From Candidatus Eiseniibacteriota bacterium (GTDB taxonomy: Bacteria; Eisenbacteria; RBG-16-71-46): 64,000 nt of DNA. Of the stretch, positions 13,978 to 22,298 are shown one piece after another. The stretch is from the NCBI GenBank assembly GCA_963717505.1, contig OY970342.1, positions 2,336,001 to 2,400,000 of the forward strand. Reading direction: 5' to 3'. Made by a program: the position numbers and the translations under genes. The notes beneath the pieces were generated by a model that was not told where the DNA came from, searched no databases, and worked only from the letters and a program-made list of their open reading frames with translations. Each line of letters starts with the position of its first letter. Position 1 is the stretch's first letter.

Positions 13978-15159
13978 ATGGCCGTCCGGGAGGAGCCGCC
14001 CCGCGGGCACGAACGGCGCTCGGCGAGCGCGCTGCCGACACTACTCTCGCGCGCGCTGCGCGCGCGCCGGGCTCGCGCCTGGCTGGCGGTCACCGGCATC
14101 GCCACCAGCATGCTGTTGGTGCTGGTCTTGTTTGCGGCGCTCCGCGGTCCATGGGTGAGCGTGTCGGCCTACCTCGCGCAGCCCGACGTCGACCTGTGGG
14201 TCATGCCCTCCGGCACCGACAATCTCGTGCGCACCGCGGGATTCCTGCCGATCGCCGTCACCGACGATATTGCCGAGCTGCCGGGTGTTGCGCGCGCGGA
14301 TCCCGTGGTTCGTGTTTTCGTGCGGGCTTCTCGCTTGCGCCCGCGATCGCGCGCCAGCGACGCGAGCCTGATGTTGCTTGCGATCGGCTATCGCGCCCGC
14401 GGCGGACTCGGTGGGCCTCCGGCGTTCGACTCCGGCCGCGCACCCCAGGGCGAATTCGAGGCCGCGATCGATCGTGCCGCGGCTCATCGTCTCGGAACCG
14501 AGGTCGGCGACACGCTGGTCGTGAACGGACGCGTCGCGCGCATTTCTGGAATCACCCGCGACACCAATCTGCTGATCACCCAGTTTCTGTTCTTCGACTT
14601 CGATGTGGCTGCCGGCGTCAGTGGCCTCGACCAGCAAGCCTCGTTCGTGATCGTCCAGGCGCAGCCGGGCCGGGTGGGTGCCGTCGAGACGGCGATCCAC
14701 GAGGCGTTCCCTGGCCTGATCGTGCTGCGTCGCCAGGCATTCGAGGTCAACAGCCTGCGCGAGGCGGCTTCGGGCTTCCTGCCGATCCTGACCCTGATCA
14801 CGGTGCTCGGCGTCATCTCCGGCGCCGTGCTGATCGCGCTGCTGGTCCAGGGTGTGGTCGAAGACCGGCGCGCCGACATCGCGGTGCTGCTCGCGATGGG
14901 CACCGGGCTCGCCCGCATCGGGACCGCGGTGGTGGTTCACGCCGTCGTGTTGGTGGCGGTGGGCAGCGCCCTCGGTCTGGCGATGTCGTTCGCCCTCGGC
15001 GCGGTACTCGATGCCTTGGTTCCAACCGTGCAGCTCGCGTTCCGGGCGAATGACATCGGCCTGGTCTGGATCGCCTTCGCCGCCGCGGGCATCGCGGGCG
15101 CCATGATCCCGGTCATTCGTTTGCGCCGGATCGACCCCGGCGAGGCGTTTCGCTCGTGA
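13978..15159 (+). CDS. ABC transporter permease (FtsX/MacB/LolE-like)
   Basis: Large periplasmic loop then EDRRADIAVLLAMG and RLRRIDPGEAFR. Confidence 0.85.
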   Translation: MAVREEPPRGHERRSASALPTLLSRALRARRARAWLAVTGIATSMLLVLVLFAALRGPWVSVSAYLAQPDVDLWVMPSGTDNLVRTAGFLPIAVTDDIAELPGVARADPVVRVFVRASRLRPRSRASDASLMLLAIGYRARGGLGGPPAFDSGRAPQGEFEAAIDRAAAHRLGTEVGDTLVVNGRVARISGITRDTNLLITQFLFFDFDVAAGVSGLDQQASFVIVQAQPGRVGAVETAIHEAFPGLIVLRRQAFEVNSLREAASGFLPILTLITVLGVISGAVLIALLVQGVVEDRRADIAVLLAMGTGLARIGTAVVVHAVVLVAVGSALGLAMSFALGAVLDALVPTVQLAFRANDIGLVWIAFAAAGIAGAMIPVIRLRRIDPGEAFRS

Positions 15160-15830
15160 CCTCAGCACTCGTGTTCCGCAGCGTCTCGAAGACCCGGGGG
15201 CACGGGCCGCACGCGGTGCGGGCGCTGAGCGAGGTCTCGCTGTCGGTCGCCGCCGGCGAGTTCGTGCTGCTCGAAGGACCGAGTGGGTCGGGGAAGACGA
15301 CCGTGCTGCTGATTGCCGCCGGGTTGCTGACGGCCGATCGCGGCGAAGTCGAGCTGGCGGGCCGCGCGCTGGCCACCATGGACGCGGCAGCGCGCCGACG
15401 GTGGCGCAGCCAGCACCTGGGCTTCGTGTTCCAGCGCCCCAATCTGCTTCCCGCGTTGCGAGCGCGCGAGAACGTGATGCTCGCGGCACTGCTCTACGGG
15501 GATCCGCCGTCCGAGGCCCGGCGACGAAGTGACGATCTGCTGCAAGCGCTCGGCGTCGCGCAACTCGCCGAACGGCGCCCGCAGGAACTGTCCGGCGGTG
15601 AGGAGCAACGCGTGGCGGTGGCCCGTGCGCTGGTCCATCGTCCGACCGCCGTGCTCGCCGACGAGCCGACGGCGAATCTGGACTGGGCGTCCGGTCAGGT
15701 CGTGGCCGAGCGGCTGCGTGAGCTGGCTCGCGAGCGAGGAACGGCGGTGCTGGTGGCGACGCACGACCCGCGGCTCGCGGTCTATGCCGACCGGCGCATT
15801 GGACTCGAGGATGGGCGGGTCCAATCGTGA
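15156..15830 (+). CDS. ABC transporter ATP-binding protein (LolD-like)
   Basis: GPSGSGKT, LSGGEEQRVA, LADEPTANLD, ATHD. Confidence 0.95.
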   Translation: MTSALVFRSVSKTRGHGPHAVRALSEVSLSVAAGEFVLLEGPSGSGKTTVLLIAAGLLTADRGEVELAGRALATMDAAARRRWRSQHLGFVFQRPNLLPALRARENVMLAALLYGDPPSEARRRSDDLLQALGVAQLAERRPQELSGGEEQRVAVARALVHRPTAVLADEPTANLDWASGQVVAERLRELARERGTAVLVATHDPRLAVYADRRIGLEDGRVQS

Positions 15831-15909
15831 AGAGGTAGCGGGGGCGGCTCTCTTGGACGATCCGCCTCGAGGGACCTAGTGTACGATGCTGTGTCTCCGG
15901 AGGTCGCAC

Positions 15910-16533
15910 ATGGAACAGGCTCCGTTCATCTTCACGATCTGCTTCATGCTTCTCGGTCCGATCAAAGTGCTGCCCGCCTTCGCCCGCGCGACGCGGGGGA
16001 GCGACGCGGCGACCAAGCGCAAGACGGCGCTGTACGCGTTCCTGTTCGCATCGGCGATCTGCGCGTTTCTCGTGCTCGCCGGTCAGACGCTGATCGATAG
16101 GTACCAGCTGTCGCTCGCCTCGCTGAGCATTGCCGGCGGGCTGGTTCTGTTGATCGCAGCGCTGAGGACGATGTTCTTCGGCTCTGCCGCGCCGAACGAC
16201 GACCCCGAGTCGGCCCAACGAAGTCCGGTCCAGGTGGCCATGTCGCCGCTCGCCAGCCCTGCCATCGTGCCGCCGGCAGGCGTCGCCGTGGTTCTGATCG
16301 CATCGATGCATGCCACCCAGACCCCCGGGCTCGGTGCGGTCGTGATCGCCGCGGTCGCGACGATGATGGTCCTCGATCTCCTGGCGATGCTGTTCAATGA
16401 CACACTGGTCAAGCTGCCGGGCTTGATGCTGGTTCTGCAACTGCTCGGCTCCGCACTGATCTTCGTGCAGGTCGCCCTGGGCATCGATTCGATTCTGACC
16501 GGGTTGAGCCGGGCGGGGATCATCGCCGGCTAG
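15910..16533 (+). CDS. MarC family membrane protein
   Basis: LGPIKVLP, IAGGLVLLIAA, PLASPAIVPP; GGAGG RBS. Confidence 0.85.
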   Translation: MEQAPFIFTICFMLLGPIKVLPAFARATRGSDAATKRKTALYAFLFASAICAFLVLAGQTLIDRYQLSLASLSIAGGLVLLIAALRTMFFGSAAPNDDPESAQRSPVQVAMSPLASPAIVPPAGVAVVLIASMHATQTPGLGAVVIAAVATMMVLDLLAMLFNDTLVKLPGLMLVLQLLGSALIFVQVALGIDSILTGLSRAGIIAG

Positions 16534-16640
16534 GACGCGGAGCGCCGGGGCCTGGTGGAAGAACGCGCCCACCGACCTGTGGGTTGCCCCTGGTGCGAGG
16601 TCCGGACAAAGCCGATATCCCATTCGTGAGCCACCGTTGG

Positions 16641-17471
16641 ATGACCTGTTTGGGGCTTCTGCTGACGTTGGGTGCGGGGCCGGTCCGCGAGCAGAATTCG
16701 ATTCCGAGCGCGGGAGGGGACTCGTGCGTGGCGCGGATTCGCGAGGCGACGGAAGACGACGTGCTCGTGCGTGAACGCCATCCGCTTCTGGGGGCTCCCG
16801 AGCACGCGAACAATGCCCCGGGCCCGGGCTCGCTGCGCGCGATGGTGAAAAGCGACTCGCTTCACCACCCGTTCATCTTCATCGTGGACACCGCGGCCGG
16901 CACTTCTCGGAAACTGTGCTCGGGGAGCATGCCGCGTTTCTCGCCGGATGGCCGATGGATCGCATGCCACCGCTGGCTGTCACGGGAGCGACCCTGGATG
17001 CTGGCCCTGGTCGATGCCCGAACCGGACTCTCGCGCATTGTCGAGAATGTCGGGCACATCGAGGACTATGCGTGGTCCCCGGATTCGAAGCGGCTCGCCT
17101 TCACGTCGATGCCTTATGACTCGAGCTGGCGCTGGGACATCGGTTGGGTCGACGCGCAGAGCGAGAGCGTGCATGTGCTCTCACAGGACCAGGATCCCTA
17201 CGTCGAGTGGTACGAGTTGGAATGGGCCGCCGACAACCGCCGCTTCGTGGCCAATCGCCGACGCGAGTACGAACACGACGACAGCGTGCATGCGTGGGAT
17301 CTCTGGCTGTTCGACCTGGAGGGCGATCCGTGCCGATTGACACACACTCCGCGCGAGGATGAGCTCTTCCCCGGCTGGATCGACCATCGTCACATCCGCT
17401 ACGAGTCCTCGGATTGGGACGACGACGAGGCCGGCGGCCGGCGGCGATTCGTCATCGAACTGGACCCTTGA
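16641..17471 (+). CDS. Secreted TolB-like/PD40 repeat protein
   Basis: Signal-like N-term; PRFSPDGRWIA, AWSPDSKRLAF repeats; start uncertain. Confidence 0.7.
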   Translation: MTCLGLLLTLGAGPVREQNSIPSAGGDSCVARIREATEDDVLVRERHPLLGAPEHANNAPGPGSLRAMVKSDSLHHPFIFIVDTAAGTSRKLCSGSMPRFSPDGRWIACHRWLSRERPWMLALVDARTGLSRIVENVGHIEDYAWSPDSKRLAFTSMPYDSSWRWDIGWVDAQSESVHVLSQDQDPYVEWYELEWAADNRRFVANRRREYEHDDSVHAWDLWLFDLEGDPCRLTHTPREDELFPGWIDHRHIRYESSDWDDDEAGGRRRFVIELDP

Positions 17472-17504
17472 GGTCGCCCCGCGAAGAGTGAAAGACTGCG
17501 GGAC

Positions 17505-18164
17505 ATGGCAACGCCCCATCTGGATCGCGGCCGGCGCAGCTTCCTGAAGATGCTCGCGGCAGGTCCGCTCGCGCTGGCGACCTTCTGGGCGCTCCTGCAG
17601 CGAGACGAGGTGGCGGCCGCGGAGGAGCTGCTCGTTAAGACCTCGCCCGGGAAAGCCGAGCCGCCGATTGCCGCGACCCCCGAATGTGGTGATGACGACG
17701 ACCCGACGCCGTCGCAGACGGCGGGCCCTTTCTTCACCGCTCGATCCCCGCAACGCACCAGCCTGCTCGAGCCGGGGGTCGTGGGGGAACGCCTCTCGCT
17801 CACCGGCCGCGTATATTCGACGGACTGCCGCCCGATTCCCGGCGCACTGCTCGACTTCTGGCAGGCCGACGCCCAGGGTGAATACGACAACGAGGGCTAC
17901 AAGCTCAGAGGCCATCAGATGGCCGACGACCAGGGTCGCTATTCGCTCGAGACCATCGTTCCCGGACTGTACGGAGGCCGAACCCGACACATCCACGTCC
18001 GAGTCCAGGCGCCGCGGGGTCGCATTCTCACGACGCAGCTCTATTTCCCCGAGGAGCCGCGCAACCGGCGCGACGGAATCTACCGATCCGACCTGCTGAT
18101 GGCCCTGGGCGATTCCGACGAAGGCAAGCAGGGGCGCTTCAACTTCGTTCTCGACGTGAACTGA
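17505..18164 (+). CDS. Tat-exported intradiol ring-cleavage dioxygenase-like protein
   Basis: RRSFLK Tat motif; GPFF, DFWQADAQGEYD, PGLY, RTRHIH, LTTQLYFP. Confidence 0.9.
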   Translation: MATPHLDRGRRSFLKMLAAGPLALATFWALLQRDEVAAAEELLVKTSPGKAEPPIAATPECGDDDDPTPSQTAGPFFTARSPQRTSLLEPGVVGERLSLTGRVYSTDCRPIPGALLDFWQADAQGEYDNEGYKLRGHQMADDQGRYSLETIVPGLYGGRTRHIHVRVQAPRGRILTTQLYFPEEPRNRRDGIYRSDLLMALGDSDEGKQGRFNFVLDVN

Positions 18165-18182
18165 CGAGAAAGCGCGTCGCCG

Positions 18183-19430
18183 CTACTCGTAGCGCAGCGC
18201 CTCGATCGGATCCAGCCGCGCCGCCCGGATCGCGGGCAGCATCCCGAACGCGATCCCGACCGCCGAGCAGAACAGAAGGCCGATCACCGCCCACTCGAGC
18301 GGCACGTTCGCGGGGAAGTGGGTGAACACCGCGACCAGGTTCCCGAGCCCAAAACCGATCGTCACGCCGATCACCCCGCCGATGTTGCACAGAATGACGG
18401 CCTCCATCAGGAACTGCCGCAGGATGCTTCCCGATCGGGCGCCGAGTGCCTTGCGAATACCGATCTCTCGGGTCCGCTCGGTGACCGCGACCAGCATGAT
18501 GTTCATGATCCCGATCCCGGCCACCACCAGGGCGATGATGCCGATGACGAAGGCGGCGAGCTTCACGCCGACGCTCATCGCGTTGAACTGGGTGATCAGG
18601 CTCTCGCTGGTGTACACGTCGAAGTTGTCGGGCTCACCGGGCTTGACCCCGCGCAGGCGGCGCAGCAATTGCGTGGTCTCGGCGATGGCGTCGGGCACCA
18701 GCTCCGGCGTCTTGGCCCGCACGGTGACGTTGACCGACCTCGGGAAGCCGACGCGGTCCACCAGCCCGTAGGTGTTGGTGAAGGTCGTGACCGGCATCAG
18801 GACATAGTTGTCGAAGTTGCCGCCGAAGGCCGACTTCTTCTCGTCGAACACGCCGATGACTTCGTACTTGCGCCCGTCGACCAGGACTTCCTTGCCGATT
18901 GGGTCGGCGAATGGGAACAGTTTCTGGCCGATCGCGTGGCCGATCACCACCACCTTGCGGGCACTCAAAACGTCCGTCTGGGACAGGTTGCGCCCCATGC
19001 CGACGTAGTGGGTGTTGTTGTCGGGATACTCCGGCGTTCCGCCGACGATCGAGATGTTGGGATTGGTCGATTCGGCTCGATACTTGACGACGTATCCGAA
19101 GTCCCACAGCTCCGAGCCCACCAGGTCCACGTTGTCGACGTGTTCGCGGATGGCGTCCGCGTGGGCCACGGTGATCGGCGGCCGGCGCATCGCCTGCCGG
19201 CGTTCGGCGTCGGAGTGGAAGCCGCCGGCCGGCCACTTCTGCACCTGGAAGATCTGGGCGCCCAGCACGGTCATCTCCCGCTCCATCGTCGCCTGGATCA
19301 CCGACAGGCCGGTCATCACCGCGATGATCGACGCGACCCCGGCGACGATTCCGACCAGGGTCAGGGACGACCGCAGCTTGTTGGCGAGGATCGCTCCGAG
19401 CGACATGAACAGGGTGTCGAGGGGTTGCAT
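18183..19430 (-). CDS. MacB-family ABC permease
   Basis: RSSLTLVGIVAGV, GIGIMNIMLVAVTERTREIGIRKALGA, LDPIEALRYE. Confidence 0.92.
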   Translation of the reverse strand: MQPLDTLFMSLGAILANKLRSSLTLVGIVAGVASIIAVMTGLSVIQATMEREMTVLGAQIFQVQKWPAGGFHSDAERRQAMRRPPITVAHADAIREHVDNVDLVGSELWDFGYVVKYRAESTNPNISIVGGTPEYPDNNTHYVGMGRNLSQTDVLSARKVVVIGHAIGQKLFPFADPIGKEVLVDGRKYEVIGVFDEKKSAFGGNFDNYVLMPVTTFTNTYGLVDRVGFPRSVNVTVRAKTPELVPDAIAETTQLLRRLRGVKPGEPDNFDVYTSESLITQFNAMSVGVKLAAFVIGIIALVVAGIGIMNIMLVAVTERTREIGIRKALGARSGSILRQFLMEAVILCNIGGVIGVTIGFGLGNLVAVFTHFPANVPLEWAVIGLLFCSAVGIAFGMLPAIRAARLDPIEALRYE

Positions 19431-19444
19431 GTCATCGACTCCGG

Positions 19445-20707
19445 CTACTCGTAACGCAGCGACTCGACCGGGTCGAGCCGCGCTCCGCGATAGGCGGGAA
19501 CGATGCCGGCCAACACGCCGACCGAGATCGAGACCAAGACGGCGATGGCCAGGATCGGCAGCGAGATGCTGGCCGGCATCAGTACCGCGTTGATCACCGC
19601 GGTCACCAGCCACGCGAGGACGATGCCGACCGTGCCGCCGAGCAGCCCGATGGCCGAGGACTCGAGCAGGAACTGGAGCAGAATGCTCCGTCGCGTCGCG
19701 CCGACCGCCTTGCGGATCCCGATCTCGCGCGTGCGCTCGGTGACCGAGACGAACATGATGTTCATGACGCCGACGGCGCCGACGAACAGCGAGATCCCGG
19801 TGATCAGGAGTCCGACCAGCAGAACCACGCCGATGACGTTGTTGAAGGTGCCGACCAGCGTGTCGAGCTTGTTGATCGAGAAGTTGTCGGGCTCGGAGGG
19901 CCTGAGCGTTCGGATCTTGCGCATCTCGCCGATCACTTCGTACTCGAGGTCGGCCAGCGCCTCCTGGTTCGGCGCCTTGACCGCGACGTTCACGTCCTGG
20001 CCGCGCCGGCCGCCGAATTCTTTGACGAAGGACGTGATCGGGATGAACACCTGGGCGTCGAAGTTGGGGCCGCCCAGGAAGCTGCCGCCCTGCTTCTCCA
20101 TCACGCCGATCACGCGAAACTCGGTGCGTCCGATCGAGATCGTCTGATGCACCGGATTCGTGCTGCCGAACAGCACGTCGCGCACCTCGGAGCCGATCAC
20201 GCAGACGTTCTTCTTGAAGCGCACGTCATACGCCATGAGGAAGCGACCGAGCTCCGGCCGCGCACTCGAGAGCTGGGTCTGCTTTTCGGTGGTGCCGATC
20301 ACCGACACGTCGTTCATGGTCTCGGCGTGGAACTTCACGTTCCGGCGTCCGTCGACGGAAGGATTGACGATCGCCCGGCCGCGCATGCGTTCCTCGAGCG
20401 CACGTGCCTCGCGCAGGTCGAGGGGCGGGCGATTCCGATAGAGGAAGAAGTCGTTCATGATCACCCACGGCATGCGCGACACGTAGATCACGTCGGCGCC
20501 GACCGCGGAAAAGCTCTCGCGGAACCGGTTCTGCAGCCCATTGGCCGCGGTCATGGTGGTGACCACGGCGACGATGCCGATGACGATGCCGAGCGTGGTC
20601 AGTGCCGCCCGCGTCGTGTTGGCGCGCTGGGCGCGCACCGCAATCGCCAGCGCTTCGCGCAGGTCGAGAACCAGTCGCGTTCCGCCGCGAACCGACCACG
20701 GGCTCAC
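19445..20707 (-). CDS. MacB-family ABC permease
   Basis: LTTLGIVIGI, MNIMFVSVTERTREIGIRKAVGA, LDPVESLRYE. Confidence 0.92.
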   Translation of the reverse strand: MSPWSVRGGTRLVLDLREALAIAVRAQRANTTRAALTTLGIVIGIVAVVTTMTAANGLQNRFRESFSAVGADVIYVSRMPWVIMNDFFLYRNRPPLDLREARALEERMRGRAIVNPSVDGRRNVKFHAETMNDVSVIGTTEKQTQLSSARPELGRFLMAYDVRFKKNVCVIGSEVRDVLFGSTNPVHQTISIGRTEFRVIGVMEKQGGSFLGGPNFDAQVFIPITSFVKEFGGRRGQDVNVAVKAPNQEALADLEYEVIGEMRKIRTLRPSEPDNFSINKLDTLVGTFNNVIGVVLLVGLLITGISLFVGAVGVMNIMFVSVTERTREIGIRKAVGATRRSILLQFLLESSAIGLLGGTVGIVLAWLVTAVINAVLMPASISLPILAIAVLVSISVGVLAGIVPAYRGARLDPVESLRYE

Positions 20708-20747
20708 GATCGAACCTCCTGCAAATGTCGGCAGCGAACTGCGCCCA

Positions 20748-22013
20748 TCACGACCCGCGGGGCTTGGCCGCCACCGATTTCTCCGGCTGCTTGCCGACGG
20801 TCACCATCGCGCCATTCGCGAGGTCCTTCGAGATGGCGCGGTAGCTGCCCGAGACGATCTCCTCGCCTTCGTTCAGACCCTCCAGGATCTCGATCTGCTC
20901 GTCGCTCTGGATGCCGGTCTTGACCTGCTTGGCGATGGCCTTGCCCTTGTCCACCGAGAACACGATCTCGACGAAGCCGTCCTTGTCCGGCGTATAGCGG
21001 GTCTCGGCGTCCTTGCGCTTCTCGCCCTTCATCGCGAGCTGGTCCACACTGCGCACCGCGACGCTCTGAATCGGAACACTGAGGGCGTTCTCGTTGGTCT
21101 TGGCGATGATACTCGCGGAGGCGGTCATGCCCGGTCGCAGGGTGGAGGGCGGGTCGCTGATCCGGATCTTGACCTCGAACTCGGTCTTTTGATCGGTGGT
21201 GCCCGCGCCGCTGGCGTTCGCGCTATTCGAGATCTCGGAGACCACGCCCTGCAACTCCTGACCGAGCATGGCGTCGACCTCGACGGTCGCCTGCTGGCCG
21301 ACCGCGATGGTCGTGATGTCGTTCTCGTCGACGTTGACCTGGGCCTCCATCTCCTTCAGGTCGGCGATCACCAGGATGACGTCCTTCTGGAACTGGGAAC
21401 CGAGCGCGATCTCGCCCTGTTCCTTCTCGAGCGAGCTGATGGTTCCCGCCATCGGCGCGTAGATGGTGGTCTTGGAGAGATCGTCGCGCGCCTGCTTGAG
21501 CGACGCCTTGGCCTGCTCCACCTGATCCTGGGCTGCTTCGTAGCGGGCGACCTCGACCAGGTGCGCGGCCTGTTTGGCCTCGAACGCCGACGCCGACTCG
21601 ACACCCTGGGCGTGCAGGTCCTTGGACCGGCCGAATTCCTTCTCGGCCCGGATCATGTTCTCGCGCACCAGCGTGGCGTTCGCCTGCGCGGCGCTGACGT
21701 TGGCCTCCGCGCTCTCGACCGCCGCCACGTAGCGTTCCCGGTCGAGCCCCACCAGAAACGCGCCCTTCTCGACCCACTGACCCTCGGTGACCGGCAGCCG
21801 AAGGATCTTCGCGCTGACGTCGGCGCTGATCTCGACCTGGATCTCGGGCTGGATCTTCCCGGTCGCGCTGACCGTCTGGACGATCTTCTGGCGGCCGACT
21901 TTGGCGGTCTGCACTTCGAGCGGCTTGTCCCGGCGGCCGTTGAGGACGATGGCGCCCAACGAGCCAATCACCAGCACAGCCGCGATCGCGATCCACAGCG
22001 GCTTCTTCTTCAT
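20748..22013 (-). CDS. Efflux periplasmic adaptor (MacA/HlyD-like)
   Basis: N-term TM, SATGKIQP, coiled hairpin, IYAPMAGTI, LRPGMTA. Confidence 0.9.
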   Translation of the reverse strand: MKKKPLWIAIAAVLVIGSLGAIVLNGRRDKPLEVQTAKVGRQKIVQTVSATGKIQPEIQVEISADVSAKILRLPVTEGQWVEKGAFLVGLDRERYVAAVESAEANVSAAQANATLVRENMIRAEKEFGRSKDLHAQGVESASAFEAKQAAHLVEVARYEAAQDQVEQAKASLKQARDDLSKTTIYAPMAGTISSLEKEQGEIALGSQFQKDVILVIADLKEMEAQVNVDENDITTIAVGQQATVEVDAMLGQELQGVVSEISNSANASGAGTTDQKTEFEVKIRISDPPSTLRPGMTASASIIAKTNENALSVPIQSVAVRSVDQLAMKGEKRKDAETRYTPDKDGFVEIVFSVDKGKAIAKQVKTGIQSDEQIEILEGLNEGEEIVSGSYRAISKDLANGAMVTVGKQPEKSVAAKPRGS

Positions 22014-22298
22014 GGCTTTCAAGCCCCTCCTGCGGGGTCGAGGCAAAGGCTCGAGACGCTCGACGGCAACCATGCTGGTACGGGGGAGAAGGACCAGAAG
22101 TTACCGGGGGGCTCCCCCTCAGGCAACGCCCAGGGCCCGGGCGACCGGCCGGACGCAGCCCCCGCCGCGACGAACGCGGCCCAAGCGTGGGTGCCGGGGA
22201 ACGCATGCTAGAGTCGCCGACTTGTGCCGGCCCTTGATGCCGCGCGGCCGCGATCCGCGCCTCGCCGAGACATGGCCGCCTGTCCAGGAGGTTCGCGC

